Below are positions 25,800 to 38,090 of a DNA stretch of 53,889 nucleotides, in pieces; positions within the stretch are counted from its first letter, which is position 1; every line of letters begins with the position of its first letter. A program made the position numbers and the translations under genes. The notes under the pieces are model-generated. The model did not search any database, was not told the DNA's origin, and saw nothing but the letters and a program-made list of their open reading frames with translations. The stretch is from Octopus bimaculoides (Eukaryota). The DNA is taken from assembly GCF_001194135.2 (NCBI RefSeq), contig NC_068990.1:28794263-28848151 (forward strand), given 5' to 3'.

Positions 25800-26545
25800 T
25801 GATGATGACCACCAACCCCACCACCCCACCACCACCACCTCCACCAACACCACCACCACCACCACTACAATCACTGCTACTACTGCTGCTGCTACTACTA
25901 CTACTACTACTATTTTTACTACTACTACCACCACCACCACTACCACTACTTCCACTATAACTACCACTATCACTACCATCACTACCACCATTNNNNNNNN
26001 NNGTTTTTTTTTTTGTTACTATTTGCTTCAAACTATGATGATGACCACCAACCCCACCACCCCACCACCACCACCTCCACCAACACCACCACCACCACCA
26101 CTGCCGCCACCACCACCACCGCCACCACCATCATCACCACCATCATCATTGTCACCATCATTACTGCTGCTGCTACTACTACTACTACTACTACTATTTT
26201 TACTACTACTACCACCACCACCACTACCACTACTTCCACTATAACTACCACTATCACTACCATCACTACCACCATTACCACAACCACCACCATCACCACC
26301 ACTACTACGACAATCACTACCACTACCACCACCACCACCACTATTTCCACTATAGCCACCACCACCACTACTACTATCACCACCACTACTACCACCACCA
26401 CTACTACCACCACCACTACCACTACTTCCACTATAACCACCACTATCACTACCACCACCATTACCACTACTACCATCACCATCACCACTACCACCACCAT
26501 CAACGCTATCACCACCACCACCACCACCACTGCTAGCACTATCAT
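25800..26545. repeat. Compound (ACC/ACT/ATC)n array
   Basis: Direct reading. The part before the 10-N gap repeats the part after it. Confidence 0.97.
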
Positions 26546-26665
26546 CTTGTCCAAATGATGATGGTTTGCCAGCTCACCACCTAAGTTACTCCATAAATAT
26601 CAACAACAGCCAAAAGATTGTATGTTTTTGTCAGTTTTGTTTGTTCTTGTAAATTTTACTTTCAG

Positions 26666-26772
26666 GTCATCTTATTCTTGACCAAAGTGAAGAACATGTG
26701 ACCTTTGAAACCTTACAGAGCAGTCTTCAGGAAGCAGTCTGGATTCTACATAAAAGAAGGACATCTTTATAG
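26666..26772 (+). CDS. Candidate terminal coding exon, unknown product
   Basis: Strong acceptor TTTTGTTTGTTCTTGTAAATTTTACTTTCAG, then (G)HLILDQSEEHVTFETLQSSLQEAVWILHKRRTSL-stop. No family recognised. Confidence 0.35.
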
Positions 26773-26904
26773 ATTATATAATATCAGATTCATTCTAATG
26801 TTCTTAAAGTCTCACAAAGCCATTCATAAAAATAGGTTTAACATGTTAACCACCACGGCCTGTTAATGGAACTTTACCTGTGATACCACGTATTTCTGGT
26901 CATA

Positions 26905-27015
26905 CAGGTGCAGGAGTAACTGTGTGGTAAGTAGCTTGCTTACCAACCACATGGTTCCGGGTTCAGTCCCACTGCATGGCACCTTAGGTCGACCAGAGCC
27001 TTGTTAGTGGATTTG
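26905..27015 (+). mobile_element. SINE A head with internal deletion
   Basis: A/B boxes present; jumps from GCACCTT to GTCGACCAGAGCC. Confidence 0.8.
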
Positions 27016-27530
27016 ATTATAAGGTTTTAATTTAGAGCCCTTTAAAACAGAAGTTTGTATAATAGAACCAAGGGTGGTCTCTAATGAGTTGATATCAAAT
27101 GAGTTTAATTATTCAAATTAATGAAATCTTTAACCAAATTTAGTTGTCATATATAAATTATTTCCACTCTGAGTGAAACAGGGGATAAAATTTCAATTCT
27201 GTTGTTAACTATTTTATTCTTTTAACACTTCAAGCTTATCCTAAAAATCAATGAAGTACGTAAAAGAATAACTAATAAATGGTATAAAAATGACTACGCA
27301 CGTTTCATAGCTATATTTTCAAATAGATAACGAATAAAACCAATTTGATTAATAATCAAATATATATATATAATACATACATAANNNNNNNNNNNNNNNN
27401 NNNNNNNNNNNNNNNNNNNNNNNNNNNNNNNNNNNNNNNNNNNNNNNNNNNNNNNNNNNNNNNNNNNNNNNNNNNNNNNNNNNNNNNNNNNNNNNNNNNN
27501 NNNNNNNNNNTATATATATATATATATATA

Positions 27531-27920
27531 TGATATGAGAGGTTTTGGTATCCAGAGAACCCAAAAAGCAGGTAAGGATATGTAAGTGCTACGGAAGGGC
27601 CGCTGTTAGACTCTTTTCCCATTCTACACAGCACATTCCTTGAATAATAGATCTGCAACTGTAACATCCAACATATATTGTTATTTTTGTTCTCATATTT
27701 CCCCTTATACTTCCTATATCTATCTTTTTCGCAAAATAACTTCATACATTAAACTCTACTATTTCCTTCTGTTTAACTCTCCCATATCGTCTCTGATGAT
27801 GGGATATCCTTTATGTCCCTGAAACAGCTGTAAGACTACCCTGCTCTTTATATGAATGTCCTAGAAATCTCCCATTGCCTTGGCTTTGTTGTCTCATTTT
27901 ATTCAACTCATATATACATA
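27531..27920 (+). mobile_element. Probable Penelope-like terminal-repeat remnant around the hammerhead
   Basis: Unique-looking block between TA-rich tracts that contains the hammerhead. Boundaries are approximate and no RT or GIY-YIG ORF is visible. Confidence 0.4.
27789..27836 (+). ncRNA. Minimal type I hammerhead ribozyme motif
   Basis: GTCT-CTGATGA-T-GGGATAT(ccttt)ATGTCCC-T-GAAA-C(agct)G-T-A-AGAC. Core intact, 4-bp stem I, 7-bp stem II, palindromic stem III, GUA triplet, U-U mismatch at the base of stem II. Confidence 0.85.
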
Positions 27921-27933
27921 TAGTCACTAGAAT

Positions 27934-28279
27934 TTTGGCAGATGTTAATAATTAATCAGCATGAATTAGATTGGCAATGGAAACAGAACAGGAATATCGA
28001 TGCCAGTGTGCCAAAGAGATGAAATAGAAACTGAAACAAATGCTTCGAACAGTTCCACTTCATCAGAGAAAAGTTAATTTGCTTTACTTAACATACAAGA
28101 ACCATATGAACAAACCCTTCTCTCCAAGAACTCAATCTCTCTTTCACTCTACAAGGCAAGGCTGTTTATAAAATTACAACTGTTTAATTACATTTTGTAA
28201 CTGTTAACTAATTATCTAATATAGAAATTAACTTTGAAGAATTTCATTAAATATATTGCATCTATTTTATAGTGTTATA
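27934..28279 (+). repeat. Copy 1 of a 346-bp direct duplication
   Basis: Nearly identical to 31519-31864, with only a few substitutions and indels. Confidence 0.95.
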
Positions 28280-28557
28280 AAGGATATCAGTTTTACAGTT
28301 TTATAAAGAACATCTGGTACACAGTACCAGCAATATAGAAAAGAGAATATACGGTACTCTATCAGGGCTGCTTTAAAGTAATGGGTACTCTGGATGGTTA
28401 TGCAGCAGGGGAGGGTATGTGTATTTAGGGGCCCAATTCTGTTTTATTTATGCTGTAGCTTTCTGTCAATAAATGAATACTTATAGGGCCCAGTGCATTG
28501 ATTTTTCTGCAGGGCCTACAATGCTGCTCAGCTGGTTCTGATGCCTGTCTAATAGGT

Positions 28558-28832
28558 ATCATGATGACGATGATGATGATGGTGATCATGATCGTGATAA
28601 TGATGATGACGATGATGATGATGATGATGATGATGACAATGATGAGGATGACAATGATGACAATGATGACAATGGTGATGAGAATGATGATGATGACAAT
28701 GATGACGATGACGATGATGGTGAGAATGGCAACGATGACAATGATCGTTATGATGATGATGATGATGACGACAATGATGACTATGATGATGATGACAACA
28801 GCAACAACGACGATGATGATGATGTTGATAGC

Positions 28833-28878
<46 letters not shown>

Positions 28879-28880
28879 TT
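28558..28880. repeat. Degenerate (GAT)n array; similar arrays at 29150-29670, 37435-37685, 43570-43855
   Basis: Direct reading. Confidence 0.97.
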
Positions 28881-29585
28881 ACTAAACAGAAAGAAAAAAG
28901 ACAACACTGAAACGAAACATAGACATGAAAATAAAATATTTAATGGAAACTCCCATTCGTTGGTCGAGACAAAGATGTGATGAAATGATGGGGAACCTGA
29001 TTTAATCAACAAAACTCCAGACTTGTGAAGAACTCCAAAAAGAGTGTCACCACTGGAAGAGACCAGACATGTGGAAAGAAAAAACAGAAGCAAGATAATG
29101 GACCATTCCTCTTAAATCATTTGCTCCCATGCACAGCAATTCAAAGTAGAGGTGGTGGTGGTGCTGGTGCTAGTATTCGTTTTGAAGATGGTCGTGGTGG
29201 TGGCGGCGGCAGTGGTGGTGGTGGTGGTGGCAGCAGCAGTGATGGTGATAGTTGTGGTGATGGTGGTGGTGGTATTTGNNNNNNNNNNNNNNNNNNNNNN
29301 NNNNNNNNNNNNNNNNNNNNNNNNNNNNNNNNNNNNNNNNNNNNNNNNNNNNNNNNNNNNNNNNNNNNNNNNNNNNNNNNNNNNNNNNNNNNNNNNNNNN
29401 NNNNNNNNNNNNNNNNNNNNNNNNNNNNNNNNNNNNNNNNNNNNNNNNNNNNNNNNNNNNNNNNNNNNNNNNNNNNNNNNNNNGTAGTGGTGCTGGTGAC
29501 GGTGGTGGTGATGATGGTGGCGGTGGTGTAGATGGTGATGGTGATGGTGTGTATGATGGTGGCGAAGGCGGTAGTGCAGGTGGAG

Positions 29586-29660
<75 letters not shown>

Positions 29661-30147
29661 GTGATGGTGGTGATTTTTTTTAAATTTTCTTTTTGGACAG
29701 TTCTTCTAAAAGTTTTCAACAATCTGATTGTTTGTTTATATCATTGTTTTAATAAGAAATGAGTTTCCATGTTTTGTTATGATTTGTTTTGGTTTTTGGG
29801 GGGTTTTTTTGTTTGTTTTGCCGGCATGGTAAATTTATATTTTTTTTTTTCACTTTTTCTTACAAATTCAAATTCAAATTGTGGGTATTTTTTTTTCATT
29901 GGCATTATAAGTGCGTGTGTATATGCACATGTATGTGTCTCTGAGTGTGTCTACATACGAATGTGTGTGTGTGTGTGTATGTGTGTGTGTGTGTGTGTAT
30001 GAGTTTTTTTAATGCATGCCTGTGTTTGTGTGTGTGTTTTTATGTATATTTGTTTGTGTGTACATTCATGTGTATTTGCATGTGTGAATGAATGTATGTA
30101 TTCGTGTGTGTGTGTGTGTCTGTTTGTCTGAGTGTCTGTGTGTCTGG

Positions 30148-30182
<35 letters not shown>

Positions 30183-30323
30183 TCTCAATAGATTTCCATA
30201 TCTGTCTATAATTAAGACACATCTATGTATTCTGTGACCATTCATTTTTTTTTTTCCTATAACTACTCAACCAGCCTGTATATGCAGCTTTCTCTCTCTC
30301 CCTTTCTCTCCTTCCTTCTCTCC

Positions 30324-30400
<77 letters not shown>

Positions 30401-30664
30401 AAACTTTGTCATCATTACTCACGCTATGACAGTATCATGAAAATCTCTTACCAAAGCTAATTTTTCTTCCATTTTTTTGTTTGTTTTTGTTTCAGTATAA
30501 CTTTGCATAATATTCTAAACATAGAAAGCAAATATTTCCAACTTATTTTTCCATAGAAATGCTACACTAACAGACAAGATTCCAGAATATTCTAAACAAA
30601 TATACATTGCCTTCTTTTTCTGTAGACAATTCTATAACACTGTTATTATATATTAAACTGACTC

Positions 30665-30810
30665 CAATCTGATCAGCTGTAGAAACTCTGCCAGATCAGA
30701 TCGGAGTCTGGTGTAGCCATCTGGTTCGCCAGTCCCCAGTCAAATCGTCCAACCCATGCTAGCATGGAAAGCAGACGTTAAATGATGATGATGATGATGA
30801 TGATGACGGG
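30665..30810 (+). mobile_element. Family D 3' fragment
   Basis: CAGCTGTAGAAACTCTGCC...GACGTTAAATGATGATG. Confidence 0.85.
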
Positions 30811-30964
30811 TGAACAGACAGACAGACAGATAGATAGATAGATAGACACATGGATAGACTGACAGACAGACAGATAGATAAATAGACAGACATACAGACA
30901 GATAGAAAGATAAACAGATAGACAGCCAGCCAGACAGACAGACAGACTGACAGATAGATAGATA

Positions 30965-31128
30965 TAAACAATAGGCCTCTTTAGGTTTATGTCCACCAAA
31001 TCCATTCACAAGACTGGTGAGCTCAAAGCTATAGTAGAAGACACTTACCCAAGGTGCCACACAGTGAAACTGAACCTGTAACCATGAGGTTGGGAAGCAA
31101 ACTTCTTACCACACAGTCACACTTGTAC
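30965..31128 (-). mobile_element. SINE A head
   Basis: Reverse-complement match to the family A head. Confidence 0.8.
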
Positions 31129-31518
31129 CTATCAAAAAAATATGCAAATGTGGATGCTTTACTGCTGTGGACCACAAATTTTGTATCAAGGAATTTACTA
31201 TTTGTTCCATGCGCAAATTGTGTGGAAGTGATTTGTTTATCACTGATTCATTTATCACTTTTTTTTTTTGGAACCGACCCCCTCTTTCATGAATGTGGAT
31301 AGATATACTGTAATTCTGTTATATTGATATTCTTTTACACTGTTATTCTGTTATATTGTTTCTGAGATTGCTTCCTTTTGCTTTCTTCACATTGGCACGG
31401 AGCCTGAGATTTTTAAGTGGAAGATGGTGTATGAGAAATGGAAGTTGTGGCATTCATGCCTGGAGGGCATTACTGATGTATGCGAAAGAAACTTGCAACA
31501 TTAAGAAGGTTCACTACA

Positions 31519-31864
31519 TTTGGCAGAGATTAATAATTAATCAGCATGAATTAGATTGGCAATGGAAACAGAACAGGAATATCGATGCCAGTGTGCCAAA
31601 GAGATGAAATAGAAACTGAAACAAATGCTTCGAACAGTTCCACTTCATCAGAGAAAAGTTAATTTGCTTTACTTAACATACAAGAACCATATGAACAAAC
31701 CCTTCTCTCCAAGAACTCAATTTCTCTTTCACTCTACAAGGCAAGGCTGTTTATAAAATTACAACTGTTTAATTACATTTTGTAACTGTTAACTAATTAT
31801 CTAATATAGAAATTAACTTTGAAAAATTTCATTAAATATAATTACATCTATTTTATAGTGTTAT
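31519..31864 (+). repeat. Copy 2 of a 346-bp direct duplication
   Basis: Nearly identical to 27934-28279. Confidence 0.95.
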
Positions 31865-32001
31865 ACTGGAATGCCAAAATATAGAACCAATTCTACAGTA
31901 TTGCATAGAATGGTTTAATATATGGTGCTGATTCTACAGCAATATATTATAGAAAAGGCAATTCATGGTGTTTATTTAATGGTACTATATATGAAGACAG
32001 T

Positions 32002-32385
32002 GGAGGTGCAATGGCCCAGTGGTTAGGGCAGTGGACTCGCGGTCATAGGATCGCGGTTTCGATTCCCAGACCAGGCGTTGTGAGTGTTTATTGAGCGAAA
32101 ACACCTAAAGCTCCATGAGGCTCCGGCAGGGGATGGTGGCGAACCCTGCTGTACTCTTTCACCACAACTTTCTCTCACTCTTACTTCCTGTTTCTGTTGT
32201 GCCTGTAATTCAAAGGGTCAGCCTTGTCACACTGTGTCACGCTGAATATCCCCGAGAACTACGTTAAGGGTACACGTGTCTGTGGAGTGCTCAGCCACTT
32301 GCATGTTAATTTCACGAGCAGGCTGTTCCGTTGATTGGATCAACTGGAACCCTCGACGTCGTAAGCGATGGAGCGCCAACAACAA
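32002..32385 (+). mobile_element. SINE family E, full length (tRNA-like head, possibly Arg; (CAA)n tail)
   Basis: A-box TGGCCCAGTGG, B-box GGTTTCGATTCCC, body, and a tail ending GCCAACAACAA. Consistent with the OR-type octopus SINEs (inference). Confidence 0.9.
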
Positions 32386-32646
32386 TATGAAAACAAATAA
32401 AATGGTGTCAATTTTACAATATTATATAGAGTGTCTAATATATAGTACCTGCTCTTTTACTGTATATGAAGACAGTGGAGGCGCAATGTATGTATTTTTT
32501 AATGTCTAACATCGCTGTGTTAAGCAAACTCTTAATCTTTGGCTCTTCTTTCCTACTCATACTCTCTTAACATTGACATAAACAAAAAACGGTTGGATGT
32601 ATCCCACACTCTGGGGGGACTCAAACCTCCTTTCTTTGTCTCTTTA

Positions 32647-32683
<37 letters not shown>

Positions 32684-33269
32684 TACACATACACACACAT
32701 ACACTTCCTTTCTCTCCCTCTTTCACCCTTCTTTCACTTTATTTCTCTCTCTCTTTCACTCTCTCCTTTACCCTTTTTCTCTCCTCTCTTCCTTTCTCTC
32801 TCTTTTTCACCTTTCCTTCTCTCTCTTTTTCTCTCTCTCTCTCTCCCTTTCTCTCTCTCTGTTTACTTCTCCATCTCTAATCTATCATGAAGAAATTAGC
32901 TACAGCAATTAAATCTAATCATACAATATAAACTACATCCAATTAGGTATTACAAGAACCATCATCACAATCACGCTATCACCCCTCCATCCCTTCCCCT
33001 ATTTCCCCCTCTCCCTACCCCTCTCCCTCTGCTGTATGTCCCTCAGAATGTTCATGTGTGCACACCACCCACCCACCCACCTACCCGACCATCCACCCAT
33101 CCGTCCATCCATGCATCATTCCTTCTCTCTCTCCGACCATCCTTCTATCTGTCCATAAGTATATACGCAAGCTGTTACATATGCACAGACTCATTATAGT
33201 ATGTCTTCATAATTATTACAATTATTCTAATTAGAAATTTACCAAAGTATAGTCCTCAATGTTAATAGC

Positions 33270-34338
33270 CCTGCATATATATATGTATGTATATACACAT
33301 GTATGCATGAACATATGTTTGTATGTGTGCATGTATGTATGTATGTATGCATGTATGCATGTATTTATGCATGTATGTATGCATGTATGTATGTGTGCAT
33401 GTATGTATGTACGTATGTATGTATGTATGTGTATATGGACATATGTTTATAAGCATGTATGTATATGTGTGTGTATGCATTTATGGATGTATACATATAT
33501 ATATGTATAGACATATGTGTATAAGCATGTATGTATGTATGTATGCATGTATACATGTATGTATGTATACATGTATGCATGTATACATGAATGTATGTAT
33601 ACATGTATGCATGCATGCATGTATGTATGTATAGATGTATGCATGTATAGATGGTTGAATGGACGTACATACGTATGTATGTATGTATGTATGCATGTAT
33701 ATACGAGAGCAAGCATGTATAACTGTATGTATACATATGTATGATGTGTGTAATTACGTCTGTGCGTACATAGTATTAAATAAATATGTCTGTACGTATG
33801 TATGTACATACATCTGTATGTAGGTAGGTACCTAAGTATGTACGTATGTATGTAAGTATGTACGTATGTATGTATATACATATGTATTCCAGTCTGTATA
33901 TATGTGTATGCATGTTATATTTCGTTTTTAATTATTTAAATTATTTCTGTTGAGAGAGAGAGTCGGTTGCTAATAAAGAAACAAAGCTCTTCATTGCTGG
34001 AGTACAAAAAGTATCAATATTAAACATTTATATATTGAGTTTGTTGCATGTGTGTGTGCATGTATGTGTGTATGTGTTTGCATGTATGTATATGTATATA
34101 TACATATATATATATATGTGTGTGTGTATTTAAGTAGACATGTATATAAGTATGGACAAATATATATACACACCACACATGTGTATGTATGCATGTAAAT
34201 GTATGTGGATGCATGTGTGTGCATGTGTACGAGTATATATATGTATATATGTACATTCTCGTATACATATGTGGCTGCTACTTAATTTTATCTAACACAT
34301 GTGTGCGTAAACATATACGTACGTGTGTGTATACATAT

Positions 34339-34371
<33 letters not shown>

Positions 34372-34375
34372 TATN
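33270..34375. repeat. Large (ATGT/ATGC/TA/TG) mosaic; similar arrays at 19550-20160, 44300-44760, 46200-46600
   Basis: Direct reading. Confidence 0.97.
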
Positions 34376-35302
34376 NNNNNNNNNNNNNNNNNNNNNNNNN
34401 NNNNNNNNNNNNNNNNNNNNNNNNNNNNNNNNNNNNNNNNNNNNNNNNNNNNNNNNNNNNNNNNNNNNNNNNNNNNNNNNNNNNNNNNNNNNNNNNNNNN
34501 NNNNNNNNNNNNNNNNNNNNNNNNNNNNNNNNNNNNNNNNNNNNNNNNNNNNNNNNNNNNNNNNNNNNNNNNNNNNNNNNNNNNNNNNNNNNNNNNNNNN
34601 NNNNNNNNNNNNNNNNNNNNNNNNNNNNNNNNNNNNNNNNNNNNNNNNNNNNNNNNNNNNNNNNNNNNNNNNNNNNNNNNNNNNNNNNNNNNATATACAA
34701 ATATACATCTATATATATACATACATAAATATATATATACATATGCGTATATATTGATGTATTTATACTGTATATGTTATTTTGCTTCGGTCCTCAACAA
34801 TTTCATAACAATGTTAACATTGTTTCAAATATAATTTCAAACAATATAAAATACATGGTAAACAGCAACAATTGTAACAGCATCATCTTCAACTATTACA
34901 AGTACGAAAGACAAAACAAAACAAAAACAACCCACAAAAAAACAAAAACCAAAGCAAAACAAAGTGAAACAACAAACATCCAGTTCTCGTGCTTCATTTT
35001 CCACAACATCCATCTCTTCTTTCGATATATATCTGAAGATGGTGCAATGAAGATCCTTGTGAAATACTAACACCAATTCTTTCTTCTTCCTTAATTACTT
35101 CTGCCAACAACAACCTTTCTTTTCTTTCTTTCTTTCTGTCTTTCTTTCTTTTTTTATTGCTATTTTTTTTTTTTGCATTCTTAAAAATTCTTCAGACAAT
35201 TTCATGGAAGGCAATGAATAATTCTTGAAGTGATTCCGCTGTCAAATGACACTGTATATATTAGGTAGAAAGAGAACATCGAGATAGAAACATCGTATTT
35301 GC

Positions 35303-35725
35303 TGGCAGCGAGCTAGCAGAAACATTAGAATGCTGGGCGAAATGCTTAGTGGTATTTCGTCTACCGCTACGTTCTGAGTTCAAATTCCGCTAAGGTCAAC
35401 TTTGCCTTTCATCCTTTCAGGGTCGATTAAATAAGTACCAGTTATGCACTGGAGTCGTTATACTCGACTTAATCCGTTTGTCTGTCCTTGTTTGTCCCCT
35501 CTGTGTGTAGCCCCTTGTGGGCAGTAAAGAAATAAGAAACGTTAGCACGCAGGGCGAAATACTTACAAATATTTTGTCTGCCATTACTTTCTGAATTCAA
35601 TTTCCACCAAGGTCGACTTTGCTTTTCATCCTTTCAGAGTCGATTAAATAAGTACCAGTTACGTATTGCAGTCGATATAATTGACTTAATCCATTTGTCT
35701 GTCCTTGTTTGTCCCCTCTGTGTCA
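35303..35725 (+). mobile_element. Tandem dimer of SINE B' subfamily
   Basis: Two consecutive cores, each followed by TTAATCC(G/A)TTTGTCTGTCCTTGTTTGTCCCCTCTGTGT. Confidence 0.85.
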
Positions 35726-36158
35726 TTTTTACTATTTTATTTTATTTTATTTTATTTTATTGTATTTTATTTATTTTTTTTTTTGGTTCCCTTATTCACT
35801 CTGCTGTTCCCATTCCAAAAGATAACCACAAATTTTGAAGAATATTGTAATGACTAAGGTTTATCAATATTGGTTATGCCAGAGGCTAAAAGCATTGTAT
35901 AATATATCAATATCTATATTTGACACCATACTAATTGGAGTAAGAGTTAGTGTAACCCCTATTTGCCTTCTCTTTTCAGAAAGATTATTTATGTGATTAA
36001 AACATCCTTATCAGATTACTGGCTCCTATGCTACTTTAAGTTATAGCTTGACCTGCTAGTAATAGCTAAATCTCCCTCAAATCACATGCTGCTAATTTTA
36101 AAAGGAAATAACACATAGGATACTGTAGTCTTAGATACACTATGTATGAAAAACTGTA

Positions 36159-36400
36159 GTGGGAGCAGATACATCTCAAACTATGCATAAGTTAGCAGCA
36201 AGGTTTGATGTTTCGATTCCAATTGTAGTGGACCATGTGAAACAAATCGGTGAGGTAAAGAAGCTGGACAAGTGGGTACCACACAAACTGAACGAACACC
36301 ATATGATCCGTTATCTTGACACTTACCTTTCCTTGCTGTCATGGCACAAAAGCAAACCATTTCTGCATCGTGTTATTACGTATGAAGAAAAAGGATTCTT
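36159..36400 (+). pseudogene. Mariner (DD34D) transposase fragment
   Basis: LAARFDVSIPIVVDHVKQIGEVKKLDKWVPHKL...FLHRVITYEEKG shows the WVPHEL and FLxRIxTxDEKW motifs, with the catalytic D lost. Confidence 0.93.
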
Positions 36401-36618
36401 TTCAGCGAGCATTCTGCAAGCTTCCTCGCTGTCTCTGTTTACTAAATTCTGCTGAAAAGGCATTGGTTGGCCCAAGATTATGATAGACGACACTTGTCCC
36501 TGGCTCTGAGCTCTACCATGGAACTGTGAGCCATATGGTTACGAAGCATTCTTCTTCACCGCAAAGCCATGTCTTTTTAATGAGTATATTAATAATACAA
36601 TCTGACAGATATAATAAA

Positions 36619-36656
<38 letters not shown>

Positions 36657-37112
36657 CAGAAAGCTATAACCAATTTTTCTATGTAATCTGATTTACAAAT
36701 AAATCTATAATAGCATATTTGCTTTTAATTTAAAAATAAGGAAGTTTCTAAAAAAAACGAAATAATTAAAATATAAGATATTATCTGCTAATCAAAAAGT
36801 TCCATACACAAAGTCAAGAATTTTTAATTGGGTATAATAAAATCCTGCCTTGTTGTTGCTGTTTTTGTTGTGTTGTTGTTGCTGTTGTTGTTGTTGTTCG
36901 TTTGCCCTAGGTCAGGCTTGCTCGTTGTCTTGAAATTACTTGGATAACCAATGCTCGGCTAATGAAACTCTGAATGGATTAAACCTGTGACATTTAAGTA
37001 GCCGGTCGAGTAAATAGATGCAAGTCACTAATCTATGATCATCATCGTCATCACCGTCATCATCAACATCATCATCATTATCATCGTCATTGCTGTCATC
37101 ATCTTCATTTTA

Positions 37113-37328
37113 CAAGGGGATGCTGAAAAGTTCCTGTCTTTGAGTAAAAAGAAAATACAGGAGGATCAGTTAATTATGATTTTATTCAACATATTCCCTT
37201 CTCAGATTCACAGTTATTGCAGGAGTCCTTCAGTTTTTCTAAGCCCTGTAAAAGAACTCGGAAGGTTGAATTTCCAACCAAGCCTTTCGCGATACCCATA
37301 AAGCCAGGAACTTTCCAGGACCCCCTTA
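37113..37328. mobile_element. Mariner-type MITE of about 216 bp
   Basis: 29-bp TIRs with 24/29 match (CAAGGGGATGCTGAAAAGTTCCTGTCTTT), preceded by TA. Confidence 0.85.
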
Positions 37329-37589
37329 ACAATTTTTTTTTTATGCTGTCATGAGTTGTATGGTTTATTACATCCAAGTGAGTTCTCATTTACCATTATT
37401 GGTCAACTAAACAGGTTGGGAAAGTGGTTGTTAAATGATGATGACCACGACGATGGTGATGATGATGATGACAATGTCGACGATGACAACGACAACAACG
37501 ATGACGATGGTGATGATGATGATGGTGATGGCAGCAGTGGTAGTGACAGCAGTGGTGATGGTGGCAACGATGACGATGATGATGATAAC

Positions 37590-37633
<44 letters not shown>

Positions 37634-38090
37634 CAATGTCGACGATGACAACGACAACAACGATGACGATGATGATGATGATGAAAGTTATCAACGAAAT
37701 GAGCTAATTTTGGTGCTGCCTTCAATAAAAGATTGTTAGTCATTTATCAAAATATCCATAAGGATAATTCCAAAAATCTTTCTCTTTTCTGATTGTAGAG
37801 TAACTTTTGCGTGAACTAACCAAATGATGAACAATAAGCCTAGTGCAAAACATCTTTTACCATTTTAATTTATTTTCTAATCGCATAAACCAATTCATCA
37901 AATGAATAGAATTGCAAGAAGCCATGTTGAATAAAGTATATTTCTCTTAAGTTATATATAACATGTCTGAGTGTGCTTGAGTATGTTCAATATGACTTCT
38001 CATGAATATATTTCATTCACTGCTGCTTCATATGACTTTATTCAATTCTATGTTGACCACGCTTTATACACATCAGCAAATGTACCATAT

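Noticed and set aside
25760-26260. Duplication across a 10-N gap
   Set aside because: Most likely overlapping contig ends or two alleles.
26013-26558. Thr-rich mucin-like ORF
   Set aside because: Compound ACC/ACT microsatellite with no AG acceptor in front and an unnatural start.
28314-28330. 7-bp hairpin CTGGTAC-ACA-GTACCAG
   Set aside because: Expected by chance in 54 kb.
32002-32080. tRNA gene
   Set aside because: The tRNA-like head continues into a multi-copy SINE body and has no proper acceptor stem or Pol III terminator.
34975-35035. Minus-strand exon candidate YISKEEMDVVENEARELD
   Set aside because: Weak GTTTGT donor and no partner exon, so it is unsupported.
35027-35070. CTGAAGA...GAAATAC hammerhead-like string
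   Set aside because: Stems I, II and III do not pair.
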